The notes beneath the pieces are model-generated. The model ran no database searches. It saw nothing but the letters and a program-made list of their open reading frames with translations, and was not told where the DNA came from. A DNA stretch of 64,000 bases, taken from positions 33,259 through 97,258 of the forward strand of contig NW_027192202.1 of NCBI RefSeq assembly GCF_041956535.1, given 5' to 3'. The position numbers were made by a program, and so were the translations under genes. This DNA is from Calcarisporiella thermophila CBS 279.70 (lineage: Eukaryota > Fungi > Calcarisporiellomycota). Shown here one piece after another: positions 50,883 through 64,000 of the stretch; the stretch's first letter is position 1; each line of letters begins with the position of its first letter.

Positions 50883-51920
50883 CGACAGTGTGTTTAAGGA
50901 ATGAAGTACGAAAGCTTAATGAGCGTAATGGATAGTATTATTTACTTGAATGAAAGGATTGAAAAAAAAAAAATTCAAAGAGGTCGTTCATTGTGTCTCT
51001 ATATGTTGCACGGAACCTGTTTTATTTAATCAAGTTTCAGCTTTTTTTTCCGTTTATATGTAATAAGTTGATTTATTGTTAGCGTAAATTAAAGTTTGTC
51101 TCATTAGTGATTGCAAAATGGGATCCCGTGGTAAACCTTGAGGGTCTCGCCCCCTAGCACGGAGGCGGGGGGGGAGCGCGGGGGGGAGGCGAGGCCAGAG
51201 GGCTCCCTCCGGCTAACGAGTTTGGGGCCTTGTTGCTTGACGCCTCGACTCTGATGAGGGCCTCCAACTCAATCCCCATTCTCCCATTCCGCGAGCCGAC
51301 GTCCTCACAAGCTGATTAGCTTATCGCCGCTTTGTCTCTCCGAAGGGGGTTAATAGAATAATCAACGGAAGGATTCGTGCCACAAGGAGTTTTGGGGAGA
51401 AAAATCATAGGAGGCCCATCACTTTTATATAGCAACCCGCAAATCGACGCAATTTTTTCCCTCTTGTGCCTCCCTCAACTCGTTTTTTACGCGTAAAACA
51501 AAAAAGTCATGACGCGTATCCATCTATGGAACCGTGGCGCGTTATTCCGCGTCAATTCGATAAGCCCTACTTTTATTTTCCAAAACAACTTTTTCCACCC
51601 CCCCCCTCTCCTCTCTACAACCCTCCAATTCGCCCCCTTTCCCCAACCCCCTCTACATTTTAAACAAAACCATTGGATTCGCACGACGCGAGTTTACTCA
51701 TCATTGCCGCCCGTGCGCCCGTGTTTATCCTCATTATCAAGGAAAAAACTCTATTTTCCTTGGGAGTGCTTATTTTAGCTGCTAAGTATCATTGTCATTG
51801 AGACACTAACGACCAGCGGAAGAGTGTTCCCATTCTAGCCCTACCTGCGGACACTTTTTTTTTCTATTCCATTTGTATAGCTTTAGACTCTTTGTATCTC
51901 GGTAAAAGCGATTACTCAAC

Positions 51921-53374
51921 ATGCCGATCTTGGGTTTTATACCCGGTCCAAATCTTAAACCGAGGCAGCGCATCATCCACGTACACAATCGCGCGCTTCG
52001 GAAATGCTGTGGGTGCATCCATTTGCGTGCCGGCGGTTTGGTTACGTGTCTCATATGGCTGGTATTGACTTGAACTGTCCTTTTTTAACTCGAGAAGGCA
52101 TCTACAAATCTATGATTGCTATATTACAGGGATTCAGCATTTGGTTTGCGACGCTGGCGTTCATGGGGATTAGCCGTAAATATAAATGGATACGGATAGT
52201 CTACATCCAATCGTGATCAATAACCTCCGCGTTGCTTTATAGCCTTCTACTCCTACTTGAATCCAACTGCGCTGAACTTCTTCGGGGCCGTCTGCATAGC
52301 GTTCGCTTTCGTGTGCTTGTTCGGTTTTTTAACCATTTTCATCGTAAGGAGAAGCTCTACTGCACTCTGGGCGCTATACGGCGCTCTTTTTCTCTTCTCC
52401 TAATCAACCTACTATCCTTTAGGCACACGCAAAGCTTGTGCGAACTTTCTCCCACCTCTCTTGGACCATGGTGGCCATTTTTACCCTCGACAACCTCATT
52501 AACATTGGCATTTTTGCGGATCGAAAGCGAGAGTATATCTCGTGGTGCATGGGCGTCTCGTCACGCAATTTCGACAACATCCAAGCGCAACTTGCCAATG
52601 GAACCACAATTGCGATCAGCTTCAACACGCAGACCGACATCTTCAACTGTAATCGCATGTTTGGCGATGAGCTGAAATTTGGCCTCCTCTCCTTCTTCAT
52701 CTTCATGTTGCTCTACGTAAGCATGGCCTGCTCTATATTTTTTACGGGTTGATCCCAGTTTAGCGCACCCCGGATTTCCTAACTGGCTCCCATTTTTGCA
52801 CTCTGGCTTTCTTCTCTAGTTCTATTGGGCGGCATGTATCTGGTCCTATAGTCACAAGCGTCAACTTTGGTTCCTACATGAACTAGCCACCGCAGTTCCG
52901 CCGCCGCCTCCGCCCCCACCGGCTAACCCTCCTGCGCCGGCTCCCGCCGCCGCTGCTGCTGCCGCCACTGTGCCCCCACCTGCTCCCGCCGTCCCCCCGC
53001 CAGGCCAACCAGCTGCGATCCAGATACAGCTTCCGCCGATGGGAATGGGTGGCATGATGCCGGGAATGATGCCCCAACCGGGATTCGCTCCCGGGATGCC
53101 ATTCATGATGCACAAGGTTTCCAAAAAGCAATCCGGTCACAAGCGTAGGTTCTCCTTCTCGGGGGTGCGGCTAAATCAGCTGGGGGAGGTGGTGGAGACC
53201 CACGGCAAGGGCGAAAAACGCGAGAACAAGAGGGCCTCCGCCCCTCCCGGAACGCTTAAGGATGAGGATGAGGAGGAGCTGATCGGGCTGAATATGGTAG
53301 AAATACCAAAGAAGGCCGCTCTTAAAGAGAAAAAGGTGCGATTCTTAAAGGGGATGGAGACGAGATCCTATTAG
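51921..53374 (+). CDS. Four-TM membrane protein (LAPTM/Mtp-like N-terminal CCGC motif) with Pro-rich tail, multi-exon
   Basis: KCCGCIHLRAG followed by hydrophobic segments; luminal loop with two Cys; family assignment tentative. Confidence 0.65.
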
Positions 53375-55026
53375 TGATGCGACGCTAAAAACAACATCCA
53401 CCATCAATCCGTTTTGTTTTTACCTTTTTTTTATTTCTTTCAAAATACTGTTAGAATATAATATTTTATTTTTATATTTTTTTTCTGATTTTTTATTTTT
53501 CTTTGTCTTTTTATATTTTTCCATATGTTTATTTGGGCCAAGGTTAAAAATATCTATAATGTTATTTTTTATTTTTATTTTTATTCTTTTACTGATTCTA
53601 GAAGGGGGTTGTCAATCGAGCTCCATTTTTGTCCCAAGACTCAAAAAATAGAACTAATGCATTTTTCTCAGTGATTCGCTCAACCAGCTCTGACACTCCC
53701 TCCCAGATGGAGGGTTGTCGAAACCCTCAGACGTGTGTTGCCAATATCCATTTAGCTTGGTTTGTTATTTGTTTTATCAAATTCCCTTGACATGCTAGCT
53801 TGTTTAAAGGTTTTTTAGTAAAGCCCGGCAAAGCAGATGATAAGCTTTATGCAATTCAGGGCCATCTGAGCTTTTGAGATACAAAATTTGCGCTAGACTC
53901 ATTCGAAGATAACGCTTATTCTCATGATTGAAAGCTGGACACTATCCAAACCACGGAAGAACGGATACAAAGAGAAGTACTTAGCTCCGCGGAAGTGAAA
54001 GCCATACTCATTTCTATCAACCACCTTAGCAAATTGAACAAGCGCAAAAAATTACTCTAAACAATGATGAGATTCATTGAGCAAACCGATCATGACTTCG
54101 GACAGATATCAGCCATTGACCTGACAGCTATGAATTGCATAAGATGACTTGGAGGGTTAGTGTACTGACTCCAGTAGATTGCAAATCCGGTTTCCTCGGC
54201 CCTTAATTGTATTAATGCATTTTAAGGTTATGGAACACGAATTAGCCACCGAGGAACACGATAAATTCGATTTCTACTCCAGTTTTTCAAGTTTTCATCC
54301 TCTTTCTCTCATAGTGAAGCAAGAAGACTAAGTTGTTTTAGTCGTCGCTACCACTTTGTTACGAAAGTAATTTTCGACTTCTGGTCTTCTAGACGATTAT
54401 AATAGGAGTGGAGAAGCCGTAAATTACTTCCGTAACAAGGTGTTAGCAATGATAAAAACATTAACCAGTCCTACATGAGAATGAGTATGTCCTACTAATG
54501 AAATGAGAAGAGGCCAGACAAGGAGGCATGTGATCCATCAACTCCATCTCCCCTTCCACCTTGCTAGTTCTGCGACCCGCATATGCACCCACACACCTAG
54601 TTCCACTTTGGTCCTGCCCAAGAGGATCTCTCAATGGACCCATTGTCATGCATTGGTGATGAAATTCGCGATCTGGGCCAAGAGCCGGGGTTGGGGTTCA
54701 ACCAAGCCTTTCAAGGTGTCAGTAACAGGAGCCTTCTGGAGCCCTTTCTGCCACACTACGTGATACCAGTCAGCAGTTTCTAAGATTTGACTCCTAGATG
54801 GCATCATGCCGCTGCTTTTTCTCTGATTAACTTGTAGGCTTCAAAAAAAAAACTGTAATAAAAATAAAAATCAATGCCAAACATTGTAAAACGAGTAAAA
54901 AGGAGTTATAAGCAAACGGTTTGCGAGAAATTACATAAAGATTTTTACCACCATGACTCTTGTCATAAAAAGTCCAAGTTAAAAAAAAGGGGGGGAAATC
55001 ATGGATAAAACAAAGTGAAATGAACA

Positions 55027-58000
55027 TCATTGCAGGTTTTTGATACGAGCGCTAAAGAAGTGGGGTGCAAGCTCCGCAAGCCAGTTGCCGTCGACCGCCG
55101 TCACGTTTTGCATGTATTCCTTGCTTGTGTACACCAATTCGTGGTACACCACATAGTCGGGGGTGTAGCCCAGGCCATAGAGGGCGCTGGTCGGGTGCAG
55201 GTGGCATCGCATGCCGGTGCGCAGATTCACGTACTCGCCAATTCCCTTGATCCTTGCCGCGTGGTGGAAGTACCCCGAGCAGATGCACTTGCGGACCACG
55301 TCCCAGTCCGTGCCGCATGAAAGATACTTCATCTTCTGGGACTTCATGATATCCATCAACTGGCTTCGCACTTCGCGTGCCTTGCGCATTGCCTTAGGGT
55401 GGATGAAGTGCTTGTTGCACCACTCGTCGCGATACCCGTTCGCCTTCCACTGGTTGTACACGTGGAGCAGTGTGAGATGGTCGCTCTCGGGCACAAAGAA
55501 CTTTTCACGGGCCGCGTCCGACTCCTCCATCCGCTCCTTCGGACGGTAGAACACAGATGGCACGGAGAGCATCGACACAATGGTCACTAGCTCGGCGGTG
55601 CACTCGTACTGCTCGGAGACCACCAGCATCTTGCACAACGAGGGGTCCAACGGGAACTCCACCATCTTGCGGCCCAGCGGGGTCAGATTCCCCTGCTCGT
55701 CGAGCGCACTCAGCGTCCACAGCTGGTACATGGAGGTCAAAATGTTGTCCTGGGGCGGGGGGTCCATGAAATCGAACTCGAGAAGATTCTTGACCCCCAA
55801 GGACTTCAGCAACAGCACCACGTAGGACAGGTTGGTTCGCTGGATTTCGGGGATCGTGCTCATAAACATCTCCTGTCGATAGGCCTGCTCGGTGTAGAGG
55901 CGATAGCACACCCCGGGCCCGGTTCGTCCGGCTCGTCCCTTGCGCTGGTTGGCGTTCGCCTGACTGATGGGCGTGATCTGCAGCGCGTCCATACCGATCT
56001 TGGGGTTGAACACCTTCAGCTTGCAGTAGCCCGTGTCGATGACGTACCGGATCCCATCGACCGTCAGCGACGTCTCCGCAATATTGGTGGCCACGATACA
56101 TTTGCGAGCATTATTGGGTGCCTTCTCGAAGATCTTGGCCTGCAGATCCGCGGGGAGCTGCGAGTAGATGGGGAGAATTGCGAGGGGGGGCGGATCGTCC
56201 AGCTGCTCCAAACGCTCACCAAGCACTTGGCAAGTGATCTCGATGTCCTCTTGTCCCGTCATGAACACCAAAATGTCACCGGGAGGGTGCGACAGATGAA
56301 TTGTGAGCGCCTGCTTGACCGCGCTATCCACATAGTCCTCACAGGGGCTCTTGCTGAACATCTCCTCGACCGGGAAGGTGCGTCCTGGAATGTTGAACGT
56401 GGGCGCGTTGCCGAAGAAGGCGGAAAATTTGTCTGCGTTCATTGTGGCCGAGGTCACGATCAGCTTGAGATCGCGGCGTCGTGCGATAACTTTCTTCAGT
56501 AGGCCCAGGAGTAGATCGGTTTGGAGAGAGCGCTCGTGGGCCTCGTCGATGATGATCGCGCTGTAGCGGTCTAGATCGGGCTCGTTCAGCGACTCGCGCA
56601 TGAGCACTCCGTCCGTCATGTACTTGATGATGGTCTTGTCAGAGGTGCAGTCCTCAAATCGGATCGCATACCCCACTTCTTCTCCAAGCTTCACCCCCAT
56701 TTCTTCGCTGACTCGCTTCGCCACCGACATCGCGGCGACACGACGAGGCTGGGTGCACCCAATGATGCCAAACTCGCTGTACCCATTCTCATGCAAGTAC
56801 TGTGTCATTTGGGTGGTCTTCCCGCTGCCCGTCTCGCCCACCACGATAATCACCTGGAACTCTCGAATTTGGCGGAGCAATTCCTCACGCACCGCGAACG
56901 CCGGGAGGAATTGCCGTTGTTCAGCGATGGTCTTTGTACGCGAGAATGCGCTTGCCGCCTCCGCCGTCTTGAGGTGGGAGGCAAACTGGGCATCCTTGCG
57001 GCCCTCCTCATCCTTACCCTCCTTTTCACCGTCGTCACCCGGCTTGGGCGGGGCTTGATCCCCCCCCTCCTCCTCGTTCCCCTTGATGCCCATCACATTT
57101 CCAAGGGCGGTGCCAGCCAGCTCCCACTTGGGGGCCGCTTTCATCCTCTCCGCCTGCTCCCGCTTCTCTCTAACGAGCTTGCTTCCCTTTCTCGAGCAAA
57201 CGGCCAGATCCGAAGTGGGATCCTTCACCGGATTCACGGGCTCCAGCTGTTTGGTGAAGATGGTCTTGCCACTCAAAAATGGCGGCTTCACGTCATGCAC
57301 AAGAATGTGAATCCTTGCCTCGTTATCGTCATCGAAATCAGTGTCGATGTGGCGGCGCTGCGCAATTCCTGACGTGAGCATGCGGTTCGTCTCCCAGAGT
57401 TCGTTGTCCCGATTGTACTGCGCCTGCCGTGCCGTCAGTTTCTTCATTTGCTTCTGGGTAAGCTGCTCTTCCCGCTTGCGGTCAAACTCTTCGTATTCAG
57501 CGAAGGGGTTGTGTTCATCGTCACGCGCCCCATCACCCTCCTCGAGATTGTACCATTCACGGTCCAGCTGCGTTTGTTCCTCTTCCCACCGGTGCCGGTC
57601 ATCGTCATCCCGTAGCACCTCCTCATCTGGATATTCGACGTGAATCTCATCGTAACCTGAGGGGCGAACACGCGGAGTCGCCGCCCACTCCGATTCTCTC
57701 CGAATGGTTTCCGATCCACGCGGGCGCGGGGTGACTTCGCGCCAATTTTCGCGAGGAGTAGAGCGGGCGCGATCCCGGCTGTAGTCGTAATCTCGGTCGC
57801 GATCGTATCTGCTACTGCTTCGACTCCTACTTCGGTCGCGATCTCGGCTCCGATCCCGATCATCATAGCCACGCGAAGAATCTCTAGAGGAACGACTTCT
57901 ATATGACTCGCCTCTCCTGTCGTAATCCATATCGTCTGTTCTCCTTCTGGGTGTTAGTGAGGGGTCCCGAGTTTGAAGCTCAGAATTGAGCCTTTCCCCT

Positions 58001-58991
58001 TTATTGCGTATATAGAGCCCACCTGTGATATATCCAATGTTTAAAAGGAATTGCTTTTTTAGTAACATACTAGCATAAAAGAGAAAACACACTATTGATT
58101 TACCTCTTGGACGCTCTTTTCTAGATTCATTCTGTGATTTATCGTCTGAACCCCTATCGCGTGAGGATGGAGCTGTGTCTGCCTCACTTGATGATGACGG
58201 TCTGGAACCTAATAAAAAGTGAAAATAAAAGATGAGCATTATATAGGCGGTAACCGATATACCGTAAAATACCTTTCTCATCCCTATCCTGTGTGTCTCC
58301 GTTTTCCTTCTTCACATCATCATCCTTCTCATTTTTTGCTACCTCTTTCTCTTCTGCTATATTCCTATTATCACTTCCATCCAGCTTGATTTTCTTTGCT
58401 TCTCGATCTTGTAGGCTTTCTTCCTCATCCTCGTCCTCATCATCGTACACTACTCTCTGTACTTTTTTAGTCCGTCCACTCTCTTTGTTCTTCTTAATTC
58501 CGGTGGGGACTTTGAAAACATGTCGGAATTCTTCTGTCGGCGCACCAATCTTCCCGGAGCCCAATGTGTCACTAGTTTCTCCATTGTTTATCGCTTGTGA
58601 TTTCCCAGCTGGTTTATGATCGGGTATAGCTTTGGTAGTAGAAGCTGAGGAGGAATGCGAGAATTTTAAACGCGAATGGATGTGATCGAAAAGATCATCG
58701 AGAAACGCATCCTTGAATCTTCCAAATCCTTGACATGCTATTAATTATAACGCCATGATCAAACAGAGTAAAACGCCAAATGTCAGTTCTACCGATCAAC
58801 AATATAGCGACGATAAAAAAAAGATCAGGATATTAATCACCTTTTCGGAACTGTGCAGCATCATGGCTATTCTTGGCTATCCCGATTACACTTTTTGCAA
58901 GTATGTCATTGGGTTTTGCATGCCCAAGGGAATCAAGAAGTTTGAGCGCAACATCATGGGTCAGATCCTTGTCCGCATCTGCCATTGTCAT
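55027..58991 (-). CDS. PRP16: Pre-mRNA splicing DEAH-box helicase Prp16 (DHX38)
   Basis: [51 protein letters not shown] and [12 protein letters not shown] motifs; 5' exons start [10 protein letters not shown] at 58991. Confidence 0.96.
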
Positions 58992-59501
58992 TGTCAAAAT
59001 AGATCAAGATCGAATCGACACGCATTTTAATAATAAGAAGGGCAGTCACAATCCCTCAGTTCCAATATCGACTTATGAACTATTGAGGCTCAATTGAATT
59101 GTACAATTAAAAAGTAGCACTATATCCGAGTCGTTTGGTCAACTCTTTCAAGGTAATTTTTTCTAGAGGGGAGCTAGATCATAAGTAAAAACTGCTATGT
59201 TATTATTATTATAAAAAAGAGAACAAAGAAAAAACAAATGTAGAAGAGGGAAGAAAAAGAATGATAGATTCGATTTTCTCTTATGTCGTAATAAACATAA
59301 AATAACAAAAGATTAAATTGGCCTCGAAATAAAGGGGAATTATAAAATCCACTTTAAGAGAAAGATAATAAAAATGCACAAAAAGAAATGATATCCTCAC
59401 CCCGCTCAGAGAAAGATAAAAGGGAAAAGTGGGAAAAAGCGAGCACGTCATTTCGTCCAATGAGACGAAGTCAACCATGTGCTTTCATCCCACCCTCCTA
59501 A

Positions 59502-60918
59502 TTATTCACTGCGCTGCGCAGCAGCAAGCCTAGCCTCCAAGCTTCGAAGGGCCTCTTCCTTGGCAAGCAACTCCTGTCGTTTCTCCATGATCTCACGCTG
59601 CACACGTAATTCGATCTCGCGCAGCTTCTCCTCTTCCTTACGCAGCTGTTCCTCCTTAAGCATCACGCTCTGACTCGCAAGATCATCTGGCTTGAGTGTT
59701 GCGTCCTCTGTGGAGTCATTTCCACGGCTGAGTTTCTCAGTGCGGTAATTTTCGTAGAGGAAGTCGTGTGTAATTTCCTTGAGGTCCTGGAGATGGGTGC
59801 TAGTAGAAGAGTGGAATGACGGGTCAAAAACTCGCCCTGCTAAAATAAACGTATCAAAAATTACTTTAAGAGTGCTGTGCGTAGACGCGCGAAATCAGAG
59901 TGCTTGGGATTATCGACTTCAACTACACCCCATGGATATTGTCGGCCCCGCACAGTACGCCCATTCACGACCACCTCTTCTTCGCTTCCAATAATTGCAA
60001 AGGGAAGTAGTGCCTGTCAAAATTGACAAAACACCTCTTAGCATTGAAAAATTAGATTTTGGATATGGCGCTACCTACCCTCAATTCACTATTCTCCTCG
60101 ATGGTCTCTTCGTCGTCTTCCTCGGGATCGTAAGGGAAATTATAAATGGGAATGTTGTAATACTCGATATCCTCCATGACCTGTTGTCATAAAAAAAAAG
60201 CATTCACATCACCACTTATGATACACTGTGAAAACATCGCAACTTACTCGCTTCTTGAATTCCTTTAGCTCAGAGGGTGTAAACGTATCAGCCTTGCCAA
60301 TAACGGGAATCACATTGACACGCGGGCTCAATCGTCTCATTAGCTGAATATCGATTTCCCTCAATCCATGGAATGTGGGTGTGATGAAGTACAGCAACGC
60401 ATGAACACGATTGTCGCGGAAACGAGGATTACGCTTGATGCGCGACTCTTCGGCAAGGATATCATCATATTGCCGTTCAAGATAGCCCATGATCTCTTGG
60501 AAACAAAATTCATTGTCAATGTTGTCACCAAATCCAGGAGTATCGACAATTGTAAGAGAAATGCGGACCCCATCCTCATCGAGTTCTAACATAATCAGCA
60601 AAAGGTTATGAAAAAATAAAAAATGGGTCATATCACTGAGACATACCAACGGTGACCGGCTTGATCTTAATTCCCTCTTCTACATGGGCTGACTCTGGGC
60701 TTTCAAGCTCCTTGTGCAGCAGGACCTCGGAGCCGCAAAGAGTGTTTACGAATGTCGTGCGTCCGAGGCCCGAGGCCCCTACCACCATGATAGTGAACTG
60801 GAATCCTTTTTTGACGTTCTTTCTGCGGTTGCCAAGCCTCTATAAGCAAGCAAGAAGTCTCATTAGCTATCATGTCGGAAATTTCTTGAAAATGAAAGCT
60901 ACTTACGTGGGCCATCAT
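59502..60918 (-). CDS. CDC11: Septin, Cdc11/AspA group, multi-exon (12-nt first coding exon)
   Basis: [58 protein letters not shown] and RQYPWG motifs; C-terminal coiled coil. Confidence 0.9.
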
Positions 60919-61865
60919 TTGTGCTGATTGAGTAGATGAATCCTACTGAAGAGAACAAAGGTTAAAAATAATCTTTGGAACCAAGCAAGAAAAGGCGAAC
61001 TGCAAGGATTAATGCCCGAAAAAATATCAGGCGCTTTAAGAAAAACAAAAGATGATCATATTTACTGTATAGGCGCTGATGTTAAGATGTCTAGAGTGTC
61101 GTTTTGGGGGGGATGTTCTATGTTCCACAAAAAGCTATTTAAAGGAGATAAGAAAGAGGTGAGATCGTGTCCACAAGACACGCGAAGAGATGATGATATC
61201 ACCACGGAGAAGTGATGTAACGAAAGTCCACGTACCGATTTGATTAGATGGAAAGGACCAACGATTTTATTTTTTCAGTTTTTCAGATGAGAGCTACTTT
61301 GTTCCACCACTTTTTTTGAATACCCACAATTGATTCAGTTCAATGAAAGCGGAAATCGAGATTAGTCACCCCTTTTGGATTTGCCTTTGCCGAGACATCG
61401 ATAAGTGGGGACGGGAGAGTCGGCCTGCGAGGTTGCATTTTTGATGGCCCTACTGCTTGTCTTGGCAACGGGAGCGGGGGATCGGTAGAGCCATTTGCGG
61501 TTTCCCCCTTCTTCCGAACCACATCTTTAGCATACTCTTCCCCACCCGCCCAGTCTAAGAGAGGTAGGATCGGCAACCATTCTTATTCACCGAATGGCCA
61601 ATATGTTTGAAATTTATTTGTTAGCCCGGTGAATAAAAATAGCCGACGTTGGAGCGATCCCAGCTCGTCGGCGGATTTCATTCTCTCGCGAACTATTCTC
61701 CTAGGGCAGCGCCATATAAAAAGGATAGCCCCATTCTGGCCCCGCCTTTTGCCTCTTTTTACTGCAACCGGATATCCCTTTAGCGCGAATACGCCTGCTA
61801 TTCTACTCTCTTACCATCCAAATATCACCCTCTCCAGGACATTTACCCCAACTATCAACACAATC

Positions 61866-62522
61866 ATGAGGTGGATAATGATTTCCTCCCTTATAGCCAT
61901 TGTCATCGGCAGTGCCAACGCGTTCCCAGCCCCTCCAATGCCGGCTTTCAACCAGATCCCCTCCCAGAACGCATATGCCCCTCAAGCACCAGCGCAAGCG
62001 GCGGGCTACCCGCAACAGGCCCCTCCTATGCCATACGCAATGAGAGCTATGAGTGCGCCTGCCTATATGCCTGGAGTCAGTAGGGCGGGATACCCGCCCC
62101 AGGTACAACCCCAGCCGGTGCAACAGATACAGCCGCAGCCGCAGGATCAAGGCTTTGCTTCTGCACTCAATCCTCAACAGTCTCAGCAATTCAATCTAAT
62201 GATGCAGCAGCAGCAGCAGCAGCAACAGCCGCAGGCCACCTCTTATGAGCCAGGAATCCCATCCCAACAGCCGCCTCCACCATCGCCAGCAATGCCACAG
62301 ATGCCTCCACTAATGCAAATGTTATTGAACGCTATTGCGCCAGAGCTCACGCAGGGGGATCCTTCGCAGCCAACGCAACAACCCACTGGACAACCTCCCA
62401 AGCCATTCTTTCCGTTTACAATTCCCGGAATGAAGCCAAAATCTCCGTCTAGCGCCGGAAGGATAGAGAAAAATGTAGTATTGGGCGCCGTGACACTGTT
62501 GGCAATGTTATTCTTGGTGTAG
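61866..62522 (+). CDS. Secreted Pro/Gln-rich, probably GPI-anchored surface protein
   Basis: Signal peptide MRWIMISSLIAIVIGSANA; C-terminal SSAG spacer plus hydrophobic tail VVLGAVTLLAMLFLV. Confidence 0.8.
   Translation: MRWIMISSLIAIVIGSANAFPAPPMPAFNQIPSQNAYAPQAPAQAAGYPQQAPPMPYAMRAMSAPAYMPGVSRAGYPPQVQPQPVQQIQPQPQDQGFASALNPQQSQQFNLMMQQQQQQQQPQATSYEPGIPSQQPPPPSPAMPQMPPLMQMLLNAIAPELTQGDPSQPTQQPTGQPPKPFFPFTIPGMKPKSPSSAGRIEKNVVLGAVTLLAMLFLV
62205..62228 (+). repeat. (CAG)6-CAA-CAG polyglutamine microsatellite
   Basis: Seen directly in the coding sequence. Confidence 0.9.
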
Positions 62523-62725
62523 AGTCAAGCCATTTTCTTGGCCACATTGGCCATACCAATCTATTTTCCCAAGAAAAGAGAAAGCGCTGGTTTCTTTCTT
62601 CTTGTCAGTTATTTATTCCCTTTTGTTTTTGGTATGCTCTTCGGTTTAATTAGAGGAAAACGAATAAAATTAACACGACATAATAGCTACAAAGAAGTTT
62701 ATTTTTGCTGGTAATCGTTCTCTAT

Positions 62726-63880
62726 TCATGAGGAATAGGCCCAAGTGGGTAGCCCTTGCGGCATGATTTTTTCCAGTCCATCATTCTGGGGCGGAGGAGG
62801 CAGCCGTAGGCGTTCAAGCGTATCCGGGGCCAACTCATCAAGCGCACTGAGTACGCGCGAGGCCTCCTCACTCCGATTCAATACCCTCCGCTTTTTTAAA
62901 GGACTTCTACCCGGCTGCAACTGCTGCTGACCCTCTCCTTCGGCATCATTCTCGTCGTCTGTAACCTCGGGGCTCTGAACACGCACGTCCAGTAACTTGC
63001 GAATTTCCTCGATCGGCCGATGGACCCCATTCAGCCCCTCCCTGGAGATGCGATCTGCATTCTCCTCGAGCACCTCCTTCCTTCTCTCCGACTTTAGGTG
63101 GAGTCGAGTATTTCTTCGTTTTCGAACCGTATCCTTCTGCTTCTTCTCATCCGGTTTTAACCGCTCCCGCCTCCTATTATTAAATAGCTTCTCGAGGGCA
63201 AAGGCTGCCTCCTCGTGGGTGACGCTTTCGTTCGAATTGGGTGAGGGAGAACGAGAGATGAGATCGGCAAGAGCATGAAGGGTGGATTGATTAGAGGGAC
63301 TCGTGAGAGGCTCAGTGTAATTCCAAGTGGGGAATGTGGAGTTGGGTGTGACGGCGGCCTTTTTTTCAAGCTCGAGTAGTCTTGTGCGAACGTATTGCTA
63401 CACGTATGATAAAAAAACAAGCCATCTCAGAATGGGCCAAACCCCCTTGGACTCATCAGATAAGTCTACCTGAATACCCTTTGCCCTGTTTTTGGCCTCT
63501 GCGCTGATCTTGTCTCCGCTATCTGCACCCGCAATCGGCAACTGTTGCAAAATCTCGCCACCCTCTCCGAATCCATTATCTATTCCCATAGCCGTATCCA
63601 TCGACACTACTCCTCCCGTGTCCAAATTCATTCCTACATTAGATATTCCAGTTGCTGGATCGGTTCCATCTGATCCGTTGATTCTGATCCCCATTTCTCC
63701 TAGGATCTTCACCACCTCGCCACTCATCCTCTCGAGCTCCGGAATCTGTGCAACCATGCCCTTCAATTCAGCAATCGATTCCTGCTGTCGTTGAAGGACT
63801 TGGCGCAATTCCTCGAGTTCCTGTGATTGTTGCCGAAGTGTATCGCGAAGCGCGGCAGTGTCGAAAGATGGCGGGTTCAT
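62726..63880 (-). CDS. Hypothetical coiled-coil protein with basic region, multi-exon
   Basis: N-terminal heptads LRQQSQELEELRQVL; spliced continuation FNNRRRERLK..RKRRNTRLHLKSERRK. Confidence 0.65.
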
Positions 63881-64000
63881 GAATCGAAAAGAATTGCCAC
63901 CAGTTTAAAGTGATATAATATAAAATGGATAGTAACGTGAGAAGGTGTGGGATACGTAGGGTAAATGAAACACGGGAGTGGCTTGGCTAATTTTCGGGAG

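Noticed and set aside
55030-57872. Many overlapping antisense and alternate-frame ORFs (also at 37.8-40.2 kb and 49-50.8 kb)
   Set aside because: Expected shadows of GC3-rich genuine coding sequence

Overview
Eukaryotic, intron-rich fungal DNA (short GT-AG introns), most likely an early-diverging fungus such as a Mucoromycota member; the lineage is inferred from gene content and style, not proven. The window holds an intron-containing tRNA-Ile(UAU) and about 24 protein genes: SDHAF3/Sdh7, DHFR, a USP deubiquitinase, IDH2, an ACS-family MFS permease, a small ACT/CASTOR-like protein, a Fungal_trans-type factor, TMEM135, DOA1, RABL3-like GTPase, a Whi3/Scw1-like RRM protein, RAS2, a LaeA-like methyltransferase, a C2H2 factor, SEC66, a Ran1/Ksp1-type kinase, PRP16, a Cdc11-type septin and several hypotheticals. 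A decayed mobile-element island spans about 17.8-23.5 kb. It contains a DIRS retrotransposon remnant with a nested solo LTR, a large foldback made from a DNA-transposase fragment, and an orphan intronless pseudogene. Best novel candidates: (1) a five-exon secreted precursor missed by the ORF track, with four Kex2-delimited Gly/Asn/Gln-rich amyloid-like repeats, each split by an identically placed phase-0 intron; (2) a 2-nt micro-exon that is required to keep RAS2 in frame; (3) the transposase foldback, a possible hairpin siRNA source; (4) a compact bacterial-style ACT/CASTOR gene between a permease and a transcription factor lacking its DNA-binding domain. All calls were made by eye, with no database searches.
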